Shown here: positions 12,388 through 27,041 of the stretch, in pieces
How the letters are laid out: each line of letters opens with the position of its first letter
How positions within the stretch are numbered: position 1 is the first letter of the stretch
Notes under the pieces: generated by a model
Databases searched by the model: none
Told to the model about the DNA's origin: nothing
The model's input: the letters and a program-made list of their open reading frames with translations, nothing else
Assembly (NCBI GenBank): GCA_017654855.1
Contig: CM030335.1
Span: forward strand, 1,116,001-1,180,000
Length of the DNA stretch: 64,000 nucleotides
Source: Podospora anserina
Lineage: Eukaryota
Direction of reading: 5' to 3'
Translations under genes and position numbers: made by a program

Positions 12388-15300
12388 CTAGAACCACCTC
12401 CTGATAGCAGCACTCTCCTCAATCTTGGTCAACACTCCCATGGCGTCCACATACAGCTTATTCCGACTGCCGACACAGTCACTCTCCATCCGGCGCCTCA
12501 CAAGCCCAACCACGCCCGCCGCCTCGCGATGGGCCCGGAACCTTAAGACGTCCTCCAGACGGCTGCACTCAGCCACCCTGCGCAGCCAGCGGATCGGCTC
12601 ATCATCAGAGCTGTTCAGCGTGGACGCGGTCGACAGCCCGCTCGTTCTCGAGGCAGGACTGCTTCCACCGCTGGGCCCGCCACTGCTGCTTCGTTGCCGG
12701 GGGTGCACTTGCGCTTGTTGCTGCTGCTGGCCCTTGCTGCTGTTCCGCAGACCGTGGTTAAACGCCCAGCAGACGAGCACGCAGACGTGGAGGGCCCAGT
12801 AGTCGGATATATCTGCCACCCTTGACGATGCAGCTGAGCTGCTGCTGCCGCTGTCTTCAGACACATTCCTGCGATTACTGTCCAGAAACCCGAGCAGGGC
12901 ACGCGAGGCAAAGAGGGTGGCTTTGAGAATGTTGAGGCCCGGAAGGCTGCCGCCAGCCCACTGCCTGACTCGCCTGACGTGTTCCTGGAAGATGGTAGCA
13001 GGAAGGACCTTCTGGGCGTAGGCCCAAGAGTCGCCGCTGACGGCCAGGAGATCACGAAGGGGCGTGTGGTTTAGGGCGAGGTAGGTGTTGGCGATGGGGC
13101 AGGTTCGGAAAAGCCGCTGGATGCGCTGCTCGGCTTCCATGTCCTGGGGTTGCTGCTGGAGACGTGCTTGCTGGCTTGAATCAAAGTCCGGGGCGGGAGA
13201 GTTGTCGGCTGAAAGGGCAACTGTGGATGATGACGCCGGCCGTCGAGGCAGACGCAGAGCGCATAGGCCAAGAATGACCATGCGATCTGCCCGGCCGCAA
13301 GCTTCAATGTATTCTGGGGTGAGGCTTTCAATGTCGGAGACGCAAGCTGGCTGGGCGGCAGCGTGGGCAGAGACCGGGTCGCAAGCCTGTAGGGCGTGCC
13401 ACTCCTCTGCCGTGGAGGCTCCCCAAAGCTTCTCACTGTTGCCGAACAACGGGAGGCTTTCATTGCCATCCAGAACGCGCCCATGCTGCTGGTAGATCGA
13501 TGTATGACCATCGCAAATGAAGCAAGCTGCGAGAAGCCGACGGCAGGACTCGGCTTCAACCCAGCGCTTCCACCTCTCGTGGTCGTTGACCAAGTGCTGG
13601 TCCGAACTGAGCATAGCTTGATCGAGCATGCCGGAGTCGGGACAAAGGGCCTGTGTGTCGGAGACAAATTGTGAGTACGCCTGCGCAGAGCTCTGAGAAA
13701 GAGTCGAAAATGAAAGAGAATTCCCCGTCGCCGGTACAGAGTCGTATCGTTCGGGAGAAAAGAGAAAAGACCAGATCCGAGAGATTTCTCGCGAACGAGC
13801 AGGAGAAGGAGAGGTGTTGGAACGAGAATGATGCGTGAAAGAAGAAGGATCCGTGTAGGAGGACCCAGGAGAAACATAAGATGAAGGGACAATGGCCTGT
13901 GGCCATGATGTGTTCGAGAAGGGGCTCAGGTGCCTGAGAACCATGGGAGTGGTGGTGGCAATGGTAGCCGGCGTGATGGAATCAAAGGAAGAGACAGAGG
14001 AAACGGGGGAGGATGTTGGAGACCAGGCGCTGGTGTCGAAGAACCAAGAAACAGAATCCTCCATAAGAGAGAAAGACAGCGGTGCAGTAATGGACTGCTC
14101 AGTACTCACCCTCTGGTGGAGATGCCTGAACAGGTCTGAGGGCTTGGTAACCGGCTTTCGGCCTCGGAAGCGCGCAAAGTACTCGCAGAGAAGAATCGTC
14201 TGCTTGATTTGCAGGCTCCATTTGGCTGCCTGTGTGGTGTTTCCTTGTTAGTTCCAGTGTTGCTGATGATGTGGTAAAGAAATGGGTGCATTTGCACTCA
14301 CTCGCTTCGCCTCTTGCCACGCGTGCTCGTGAAGCTGGTTCCCCCGGTTGCGGTCCTCCTTGGTGTCGAGATGCTGGGTGGCTACGGCTGCCATGGCACA
14401 CCTCAGCACATCTTCCGGCTCGGCTTCAAATGACTGCCGATGCACAATTGGAAGCACAGGGTGTACCTTCTCCCAATAGACATCAAGATAGCCAGGAATA
14501 GCAGTCCTGATGGCGGCCGGAAGGGGGATGTTCATGGACGGTGGCATGGAGGAGTGCATGGCATACTTGCTCCCCAACTCCAAGTTCAACCCTGTTATCT
14601 CGCCACCCGGGCTCACATCACCACTCGCAGCATATCCAACGCTCATATCAGTCATCATGGCGGTTTGGGCACCTAATCGTGTGTCCATAAACCCCTGCTT
14701 CTGACGAAGCATTCCGAGCGAAGGGTCAATGCCAGTGGAAAGGACGGGGGCGGGTGTGATCAAACCGCCACTTGCTTGAGCCGAGGTGCGCGGCTCTGGG
14801 GTGAGGCCTCGAAAGCCGCCGGCCATTGTGTTCCCGTGCATGTTGCTCAGTCCGGAGGCCTGATGGTTGCTGACGTCTTGACCGCTAAAGCCCATAGTAT
14901 TTGGGAAGATTGTTCCGGCCGAATAGGTCTGTGTGCTGTGGGGGTTGGAGGAGTAGGGATTCGGGTGAATGAAACCTCCAAGTCCAGGCCCGGGGCTGAC
15001 TCGAGAAGCCGGATTAGGATATGGGGAGAGAAGGTGGTTTGAGCACCCCCATGGCTGTGCATTTCCCAGTGATTCCGATACCGGTGTCGAATAAGTGCTG
15101 TCCGTGGCCGATGATGCCCAAGGGGACGGTTCCCGGTGCTCGGGCATTTTAATATCCTTTGTTATTACGGACAATTGCCCCATCTGTAATGTCCTGGGCT
15201 GGGAAAACGTCTGTGAGAACCGTGTTGGAGATGGGGTGACTAGAATGGGTGTCGGGGACATTGGGTAGGCCTCGTATTCAGGTGCGGCCCCTCTGTAATC

Positions 15301-16397
15301 TGCGGTTGGATGAGGCGAGCTGGCGGGCTGAGAATATGTTGTTGAAGGCGTCTCAGAAGAGACGGCCGCGGTGGAAAGTGTTTGCCCAGACCCTTGGGCC
15401 GGCACTGATGAGCTGCTCTGTGACCCAGAGATCTGTATTGGCTGTGGTGGTCTTGGTGATGGCACAGCATATGGACTGGCCTGATTAACCGCTGGCTGGG
15501 ATGAGGATTCACCGTGCTCGCTGTAAACATGGTTAATAAAGTAGGCTATTGCCGTTCCAGCTTCTGTACTCACTTCTTCTGCTGATGTCTAGTCAACAGA
15601 TCTTGGCGATGAAATGCCTTGTCACAGCCCGAGCAACGAAATTGAGGCTCTTCATGGCTGAGTTGGTGACGCCTATATCTCAAGTGTCAGCGTATACCGC
15701 TTGCCGATGGCTCAAGTCTTTCTCACCTCAAGTGCTCGGCTCTTGTGAAGGTCTAGTGGTGATTAGTATGAATGCCCTAATGAATAATCAACAGAAGGCG
15801 TCGTACCTTGGCTGGTTTGCAAAGCTCGCAGACATGTACCGGAACGCCCTTCTTCGCTCTGCTCACACGACCAGTGATGGGGGTAAGTCTCATCGGTACT
15901 GCATCAGATGGTTGAGGATGAGGGGGCATAGGTCTCATGGGTCCGCCTCCCATTGATGACGACGAGGCGGGAGATCCGTAGCCTCCTGACCGGTCCATTG
16001 AGTCGGTGCTTGTCGTGCTTCGACGACGGACTGAGGGTCGTGCGGTGGCAGGAGACAAGGTCGTCGATGGGACTGGAGTATCCAGTGATCCGCTTGCCGT
16101 TCCTGGGGGGGCAGTTGGGGTTGTGGTTGATGTTGTCGTCGTTGGCTTGGGACCCCTTGAGGAAGCAGCACGTTTCTTGTTCAGGGTAGAGGGGGAAGGG
16201 GGGTTGATATCCTCTTCGGCGGCCAGACCGGAACTACTAGCATGCCTCGGGTGTGGTAGTGGGTTGGGTTCTTCTGGTAGCTGACCGGTAGTGGCCGGCT
16301 TGATTGGGACCTTGGCCTTTTTATTATTCTGGGCCTGTTGACGGTCCGGCACCTGGTGGTCGTCGTTGACATCCATTATGAACTTGAGACTAGCCAT
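12388..16397 (-). CDS. C2H2 zinc-finger transcription factor with fungal TF middle-homology (Fungal_trans-like) domain; exons 16397-15807, 15752-15727, 15672-15574, 15520-14302, 14229-12388 (candidate optional intron 14109-13651)
   Basis: Spliced fingers CELCKPAKTFTRAEHLRRHQLSH and CSGCDKAFHRQDLLTRH. Domain segments YLDVYWEKVHPVLPIVH, LRCAMAAVATQHL and WKRWVEAESCRRLLAACF. Splice sites are canonical. Confidence 0.88.
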
Positions 16398-19300
16398 GAT
16401 GGGCGGCAGATGCTCAAAATGGATGTCAGATGTGTACCAAGATGGGAATAACACAGCCCTGTTGGACTTTCTTGGACAAATGAAGAAAAGTAACAAAATC
16501 AGGGACGAAGACGGGGACGGGGTACGTCAGTACTGTACACGCGCGGCTGCAGCAATACACGCGAAGAGGCTCAAAAAGAAGACAACAAGAGAAGGAGGGG
16601 AGAAGAACGAGATCGAGGCAAGCCTCAGTCTGCGGGGGATGTGATCAAAGCTACTTAGTGACCTTGGGTAATCATGGCATGTACACGCAGCAACGGGGCC
16701 CATCCGTCGACAACGACAGCCGAAGCATCTGGGGTGCAACTCTGCGGCGTACATTGCGGCACATGTTTTTATTGAGATGGCGACAGGGCCCTCTACCTGC
16801 GTGTGCAGCTAGGGAAAAGTTGGGATGAGATTGTACCGCTCTTGGCCCTCCATTGCAGAAGGGGCTTGGGTGCTCTTTTTGGAGAGGAGGCTGTTGCTTG
16901 AAGGGCCTGCTTGCCCCCTGTTCCCCGTCAGCTCCTTGGCAAGGGTAGGGAGTGAAAGAGGGGGGCGGGGGGGGAGGGGTTGCATTGGCACTTGCTGAGG
17001 GAGGGTGCTGAGATGGTTTTGTCCTGGGAACGAGACTCGACTCGAAGAAAAAAGACAGTTGAGACAAATAATGTACACTTGCACTGGCTTTTCCTCTGAA
17101 ATGTGTATAATCTGAGCCCTTGAAAGAATGAGATGTGGGTGGGAAACAACCAACTACCGTAGGCAGGTAGGGACAACTGAATTTCCAGGTCAGCTTCCAC
17201 AACCCTTCCATGCCAACCCGGGAATAGGAGTGGCCATCTTGGATAGAACGCATGGCCATGGTCCGTGGTCGTGTGCCGCTCCGGGGATCATTGACGACAT
17301 GATGCCAGGGCCATTTCTCAGTTGATTCCGTAGGGCTGCCGGGATACTTGCGATGAGGTGCAGCACAGCGTATGCGGGCATGTTTCGGTAAATTGGGTCT
17401 CCTGTTTACACCCATTTTTTTGTTCATGCCCAGGGAGCACTTTCATATCAAGGAGGGGTAGTATCGCGTGTATTTTGCCCTAGCGGTTTGTTCGTGTACC
17501 CTTTTCTTAACCGCCGGCCTGACTTGTAAAGCGGCGCAGTGTGAGAAGTGCGGAATTTGCTGCAGCAGAGGCAACCATGCCTATTGGCCAGTATCCTCGG
17601 CATACAGTCCCATAGTATGGCCGGCCGAGTTGTCATTTCGCAGACCATACTTGGAGAAGTGCTCGCCCAGTGAGAGCGCCATTCAGAGCTCTTCGAGAGC
17701 AGAAAACGGTGACATACTGACAAGTGACGAGGAGAGGGGTGATGGGGGGTTCCATGGGCAGACTGACGGATAGGGTTGATGTGCATAGGTACATACAGGG
17801 GGCTGAGGCGATGTGATGTTTCCCATTGGCCATACCGGATCTGCAAGGCGTGCTCTCAGTGAGATCCTATTTTTGTTGGTTCCCAATACAGCAAAGCGTC
17901 TTGAGAAAAAAAAGACGTGCATGCAGCCTTTGCAGAATTTGGCCGTAGAGTGGTAACTTGGCGGGATCTGTATGGTTTGCAGTGGGAGCGAGCGTGGGCG
18001 ATGATCAGAGTATTTCAGTGTCTCTATTGCGGGAATAGAACAGTATATTGGGTGCCTGGATGCAACCTTTCAGGCCTGTCGAATCGCTGCTCTCTGATCG
18101 CCATGCATCTCTTCCACCGATGGTAAATTCGGGGGCCGCCCGCCATGGCTATCCGTCTGGGGAATCTCTTGGTTGCGGCACTCAGTCGGCACTAATTAGG
18201 ACCTGGCATGATCAAAATGAATGACCTGCATGTAGCAGTAGCAACACTTGTTGTTTGCTTCGTTTCTCTAAACATGGAGAAGAAAGCGCGTGGGCAATGG
18301 GAGGGCGGGCTGATGGTGTCATTGGTGCCTCCGTCAGTCAGTGTAACGGCAATTGCTAAATAAGCAGCCACGACAAGCGCCTATGATGCATCAACCTGAT
18401 GGCATTGAATACAGTCGATATACAGCCACCATAACGATGATGCTTGTGGGCATATGTAAGGAGGCCGTTGATGGTGTCAACGTTGGTGATAGTAGACAGT
18501 AGTTTGCGCTAGGGGCGCTTAATCTGCCACTGCCGATTCGTCTGATCAGTGGGCAAGTCAAGACCCGGTCACGCCACTCGGGACGGGCCTGATGCTTCTA
18601 GTGTGCAGTTCAGAACTTCAGACTTCGGGTCGCTCGGTGGGTGTGTGTGGTTCACTGCGCAAGTTGCTTCTCGATTAGGTATGGTCCTAGCTCACTGCCG
18701 CGAGGCGGGCGCTTGTTTCAAGTTTGTGATACGCCGCGCTTGTGTGACGAGCGCTTCTGTCTTGAGGAACTGGGCTGTGGCGTCGTACTGAAGCAAGGGG
18801 AATGCAGTATCGGAGGTGTTCCGAGCCCGAGAGGGTGGTGATGCTGCGCATATCTGACGGCATACGTTGAGAAGAAGAGTTGGTTGATCTCGAAGCTTGT
18901 TCGACCTGCGGGAGGTTCCGGTTCATCGCAAACTTCTTCCCTATGGAGGGGTTATTACAAAGTGAGGTGATACTAGGTACCTGCTGATCTTGTTGATGGT
19001 GTCTGATGTCTTGAGAGAAGCCAGTGTACAGATACTTACAAGTTATAATATCCTTTCTGCGATGCATTATGACCTGCTGTTGACTGAGGTGATCGATAAG
19101 ATCGTGGTCCAAACTCTTGGCTTCCAGCAAAACCCCGCTCTCCTTCACAAGGTCCGTGCATTAAAGCTTTCGGCCGGGCGCTTAGCACTATTAATAGCGC
19201 TATGAAGCGATCATTGCAGCTTGGCATCGGCTTTGGCAGCTGCCCAACAGGAGTCCTCCACTCTGAACCTCACCTCCTCACCTCCTCACCTGCACCGTCG

Positions 19301-22300
19301 AGTCTTGCTTCTATGTACCTAATCAACTCAACTGCTCAGACAAATTCAGAAACCCGTTGCCCGGATCAATAAAACTGGCAAATGTAACCATCCCGCATCT
19401 GGATCCGGATCCAAATGTGGCTTCCAGCAGTTTCACGGCTTCTTTTCTTGGGGGCTTAAACCTGTTACACCAGCATCTAACCGCCATCTTGATCGAAGCA
19501 TGGACGTTCTACGCACCAAGCCTCCGCCATAGATCCATACCGTTGGGTCTGCCACGAGGCGCGAGGACGTCCCCCCGGTTCATTCAGGTACCTACCTACT
19601 CTCTTTGCAGTTCCCGGTGGTTCAACATGCCACAGTACACAAAATAACCAGATTTGGCTTTTTTCCTCTCTCTCGTATTCGTCGAATAGGCATCTGCTAC
19701 GACAAAGGCATCGGTTGTGTTGCATTCGAGGTCACATTGGCCCACAAAACATGCTCCTTTTATCCTATCCCTTTCCAGCCTTATAGGTTTGGTTTTCTAC
19801 CCGCAACCCCGGGGTTTGTGCCTGGGTCGATCGCGGGAGACCTGGAGATAGAATACCCGCAAATAGGTGCTGCTTTGCTATCTATGGAAGCGTACCCCGC
19901 AGCCCTTGCTACCTTAGCCAGACCTTCACAGTTCTCGCTTCACCTCGACGCTTGCTTGCTGCCATGTTCAGCATCAATACTTCCAATTTAGCAACGTTTC
20001 TGCTTACACTTCTGGGGCAAGCACTCGGCTCTTGCTCCTCTACCAGGCAAAGTTGCTGGTTCCGGGACGTCCCGTCGTTGGCGGCGACAGAGAAGGCCGT
20101 AGAAGGGAAGAAGGTTGCTAGGCGCGGCGTAGTGATGATAACATATCGTTATGGGCGGGAGGACGGACTCAAGCGAGACTCCCGAAATCCCATCGGCCGA
20201 TTCACCACGTTGATGAATGATGGCTTGGCCACGTGGGAAGGCCGGCTGGCTGGGGGCTGGGGCACATCAAGTCCGGAGCCTGTAGCAAACGGTCCGATCA
20301 GTACCTACATACCCCAGCTTGGCTTAAAGAGCCCCCGCACAGCCTCAGCGCAGGTCGAGGATGTTGCCTAGTTCGTGTTGCACCACGACAGACGAAACTG
20401 CTCTGCTGCATGCTGCACCTTACAGAAAAGATGCTACCAGCTTACTCACCGCCAACACCACAGGGCGCCCCTCAACCGCATTTCACTCGGTCAAGGAGGG
20501 GGAATGGGAGCGACAAGCACCTGCCACGAGGGCACTTATGGTACCGATGTACTTCCAACATGAAACAGTTTCAGGTTCAGAGCTGCTGATGTGTACAGCA
20601 TCTTCCACATCTTGACCTGTTGGTTTATTCTCGTTTTTCAGCTCTCCATCCGGCATCTCCATCATTCATTGTCTCTCCATGTCCATCGGCAATAACCATT
20701 TCTCGGATTGCCACCGCAGATCACTCAGCCAGCCGTACGCACTCTAAAGAATACGAATTATCGGCCGCAGAGTTGTCGCCATGCTCCGGCCTGCGAGCTT
20801 CCGGTGTATTTGCTCCGCGAACGCTTATGTAGGCTCGCGGGACAGTCACTCCTATTGTCTCTTTCACACTCACCAAGTAGTCCGGAATAAGGCCAGGCCG
20901 AGGTTCAAAGGTCCTTCAAGCTCATAGGGCTGATCGGGTCGATGTGGCAGGCCGCTGCCGGTGGTGTTCTGGGGCAACAGCCGGCTTGTATCCGTCTTTC
21001 CGCAGCAGACATCTCCTCTCCTAGAACATGCCTGGCTTCCTTTTCTCCGTGTGGGGACCTCGCATCAGGTGCCGCGTCCACTGAGTGTTTGACTCCTAGC
21101 TGGATAACTTCGAAACAAGGCCCCCAATTGTTGACAGGCTCGCTGGTCAGCGCCGGGTGGCAAGCGTCAACCCCATTTCCCCAGATCCCTCCCACGCGGT
21201 TAATGTGCCGGCCGTTTTTGAAGTATGGATATGGATGAGATAGTGTTCTGACAGAGCAAGCGGGTGCCTGAGGCTGACTGCAGACCCCAACCCAGATTTG
21301 TCCTCGCCACTATATCCATACGTGCTACCTAGCTGATACAGTTGTGCTGCAAGTTGTACCCTCCCACCCGAGGCCAGGCATGCGGCAGGTCTTGCTGTCA
21401 AGCTCACATGGGCCTCGACCTGGCGTCGGTGGCGCTCCGGTGAGTCTCTCCTGGCAGAGATCGTCGCTCGATCAACAGTATGCCTTATCTCTAGGGCTGG
21501 TGTTACTCGTGTGGTTTACGAGTAAATCAGGGAGCCTTGAGATCTAGGCCGAAGCAGCGTTACGACATGGCCGATATTACTGCGACCTTTCATTACAGAA
21601 GATCAGCCAATCATGTCGGTGTCCTTACGAGCTCGGGAGTGTACCAGCTAGCTTCGCTCCTATTGTCACCAGCCATCTAGTCTTGGAAAGGGGGGGCAAA
21701 GTTGCTCCTGGGCCAGAACGGCTCGGCCTATTTATTTTGACTGCACGGTCGGCGGGTATTACCGAGCTTTATCTTGATATGCATACGCAGGTGCTCCGAC
21801 CGAGGCCAGCCTGGTAGCAAAAGACAGACCGTGGTAAAGCTACTATCGGGATGACAATATCACCAATACCGTGGCCGCGCGAGGAGGTCGTCCTCTTACC
21901 ACGAGGTCTGTATCATCCGGCGGCTTCCTGTTTTGGGGAAGGTTATCCGTCATGCACATATTAAATGGCTGGCCTTGAACACAGAATTACCTCGTCAACT
22001 GGGTCGGTCATTCGATCACATGCTGGTCTCCAGGGGGGAAAGTGATGAGTATACAAATCATTGTCCAACCACATCATCAAACAGAGCTGACCCAGCCCTT
22101 GCCTGAGGGCCATGGTCCGACGACGACTTTGCATATTCGAGCTTTGTTTTTGCATACTCTATTTCATCCCCTTTCTTCTCACTGGACTTTCTTCCCCTTT
22201 TCATCGACCGAAATGGAAGGCCGAACTATGCGACCTTTCCTTGTCGAAAGTGTCAGAGGTATGAGGCTGACACTTGATGTCTTGTTTTCTGGCCATGCGG

Positions 22301-23824
22301 CACTGGGGGAAGTACTTATGGTACTAAGTTACAGAAGATTATCGTGAGGCTTGATTGTGTTGCAGGTAAGCAGCCACTGCTCCTCCACCAGTGCTGGAGG
22401 AACCCCCAAGTTTTGTCGTTTTCTTCTCCACGACGGTACGTCAGGGTGTATATATTGGAAAGGTGGGACGGGGTTGGTTATGTTACATGGGTTGTTTTGG
22501 TGTGGGGGTACGTAAGTGGGTAAGGGGGGGGAAGAAAAGGGATGTTTTGGGGGGGTGGTTTGACTGACTGGGTCGATTACCTTTTTACTTGTTACATCGT
22601 CTCTAAATAACATTCGGATCACCACTAGCAATTGGGTCACATACCAGCAGTGAGGTAGAATACCTAAAGTTATCAGCTATGAACATTCTTGTTTAGGTTT
22701 ATTTGAATACCGGAGGGGGGAGGGGGGCAGAATGTATTCTCTAGCTATGGTAAGATAGAAAGCTAGCTGAGTGAAATGAGAACTACCTCACCTTTAACAT
22801 AGTGCCTACCTCGAATAATACCTACCCACACAAGCTAAAAGGCAAGCATGAAAGACCAGTATTCCATCAACAAAAGCAACACAACCCCTTTTCTTTACTA
22901 GTTTCGTGACGAACACAGACTAATCTCCCTGGTGGAAACCCCTCCCTCGTCTCACGGGCAAAGCAACAACAATCTATACTTCCCCCATCATCTCCAGCTA
23001 ACCACAATAACCCAAGTAAAGCAAAGTACGTCAAGTCTCGGTTTTGATTTCATCATTGGAAGTTGATAAGTCTCTTGTTTCAGAGCATCCAACAGCGCGC
23101 ACGGACACAAACACACTCAGGGGTTCAGGGGCTACCTTAACCATCCCGCTTTGTTCAAGCACAAGACCTTTGTTAGTCCAACTCTCTCTCTATTGAACCG
23201 AAGCCTGACACATTATAAGGCAAAAACAACACCAAAGTAACCACCCAGGCTGAGCCGCATCTCTCGACTTGGAGCGCAGACTATCTTAGGTAAATGAGCC
23301 TGTCAACAGAGTTGCTCTCTCTATGAGACCTTGACACAAAACCCTATATTCATTAACGGAGAAGAGTACACGTATCTCCTCCCGACCCGCTTCCCTACAG
23401 AGTCAAATGCCAGCTAGTTAACGTTGTGCCCGTGTTGTTGCTTCCCATTTTTTGATCACGATAACTCAACTCACACCACCCTCCAACATCCCAAACCCAG
23501 CTACTCTTCATTAAAATTGTTTAAAAAAAGTTATCATGATCCGATTATCAAAAATCAAAGACCACTTCTAAGTAAGAGTACATGCCTACCCGTCTAAGAA
23601 AAAAAAAGACGACGAGGCCAAAAAAGAGAGTTAGAGAAACCATGCTGCAAAGAAAGAGCATTCCCCCAAACACATGAGAGTCCGTGTATCTTTTTTTGAT
23701 TACTTCCTTTCCCCCTCCCCCCCCATTCGACTTGACCATTGTGCAGCGCCTCCCGTCCGAATCATCGTCTAACCAAACGTAAAAACATAAAATATCCCAT
23801 GATCTGGAAAAACACATGCCTCTT

Positions 23825-25453
<1,629 letters not shown>

Positions 25454-26444
25454 GGTGGATTGGTAGTTTGGTGTTTGTCCGGTAGGTACTAAGAAGAAGG
25501 CGAAGGAACCGTAACCGGGACAGCGCCTGCAAAAGAAAGACCGGGCACGATGGGGAAAGCGCTGGGTTTTGTGGGGCCTTCAGCGCAACTTTGTGCTTCG
25601 CGGGAGGGACGATGCCTGTAGCGAAACGGTCAAGGTCGAGATGAGCGGGGACCGTGGATTCTGCCAGGATTGGTGCAGGTTAGCGGATGCAGCTTGATAT
25701 TTTGTTGAGTTCTTCAGGGCAACCACAGCTGTGACGCGCTTATATGGAGGAGTGATAGAATGAAGAAGCCAAGGCGACGCTTCACATGCAGATGCGACAA
25801 AGGCCAAAGACGTCAGATCTTGGGGTTGGTGGCACTCACCACTAAGGATTTAGAGCGAAAACCGGGAATCTGGGACACGATTGGATTGGATTCGATGAAC
25901 CTATCCGTACGGATACACACCTTTGGATGGAAGATGCCAATCAGCGTGATGTGTGTGCTCTTCCTCTCCATGTACTATAACAATGCGAACGCGTCCGAGG
26001 GGCAAACTGTCCTGTCGAGTCCCGACAAGGGGAATTTCTCGAACAAATTTCCTTTGGATGCTTCAAACGTCAGGGGGCTGCTTCGCAATCCCTGCCCCAT
26101 TCCCGCGACTGCTGCAGCTGCTTGCAGTGCCGTCACGTCATTACCTGGTCTGTGCCCCAGCTTGTTTTGTTTGACACCTGTAGAAGCTCAGCGCTTTGAT
26201 TGGTTGACGATTCAAGACTCTTCTTCATCAACACCATCGAGTTTCATAGTCTTTGCATAAGGTAGTGATGAATGTGAAGAGAACTTTTCATTCGGTTTTG
26301 AATCTCGAGTTCCTCATAAACTTCATCTCATTTTTTTCAGTAGAAAGATAGGAGCATCTATCTGAGTGCCATCTCTAAAGTCTGAACAGCCTCCACCTAG
26401 AGACACGGATAAATGAACAACACCAGCCAAACTCAGAATCTCAC

Positions 26445-27041
26445 CTAATATGACCTCTCCCCTACAGAATTTCCTCCTGGCTCATACCTAGCAATAACAT
26501 AAACTCCTCTTTTTCCATCCCCACTCACACCCTCCACAGCTGCAATCCCAACCCTTCTTGTCCTCGGCCACATACACTGAGTATAATGCCCAGTCACCCC
26601 CTCCGCCGGATCCCCCACTTTCTGCCCCCTATACCATCGCCCTTCGTTCAGCCAGCTCCTCGTCGCATTCACACATGGTTCTTTCTCGATTCCACCGCCG
26701 CTCACCCAGTAAATGTTCTCTCTTTGACTAGTGTCGGCTGCATGCTGGAGTTTGCCGATGTTTTTGGCTAGGTGTTCTGCCCATTGACGGGCGGGGTCTT
26801 CGAGGAATTTGTCGTAGGTAAGAGGGGGAATGTTTCTAGAGCGGCGGAGGGAGTTGTGGAGGGTGAGGGCTTTCAGGATGTCTGAGGGGTTGGTGGCGTT
26901 GGAGGGCGCAAGAGAAGATGGCTCGGGTGCGTCTTCTTCAGAGGGGATAATAGGTGTATTACTGTCAACTACATGTGGTGGAGGGAGTGACTGTTTCTTG
27001 AGTAATTCCTCGGTGTCCTGTATCTCCTGCTTGTTTGCCAT
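26445..27041 (-). CDS. CAP/SCP/PR-1 superfamily protein with no apparent signal peptide
   Basis: LHNSLR, ENIY, GHYTQCMWPRTRRVGIA and YVIARYEPGGN match CAP signatures. ATG at 27041. Confidence 0.85.
   Translation of the reverse strand: MANKQEIQDTEELLKKQSLPPPHVVDSNTPIIPSEEDAPEPSSLAPSNATNPSDILKALTLHNSLRRSRNIPPLTYDKFLEDPARQWAEHLAKNIGKLQHAADTSQRENIYWVSGGGIEKEPCVNATRSWLNEGRWYRGQKVGDPAEGVTGHYTQCMWPRTRRVGIAAVEGVSGDGKRGVYVIARYEPGGNSVGERSY

Noticed and set aside
18687-19148. 153-aa minus-strand ORF in the long intergenic region
   Set aside because: It starts at GTG, has no family motif and shows no clear codon bias; support is insufficient.
22042-22106. Box C/D snoRNA candidates (GTGATGA..CTGA here and at ~26264-26365)
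   Set aside because: No terminal stem and no rRNA-complementary guide that I could recognise; snoscan would be needed.
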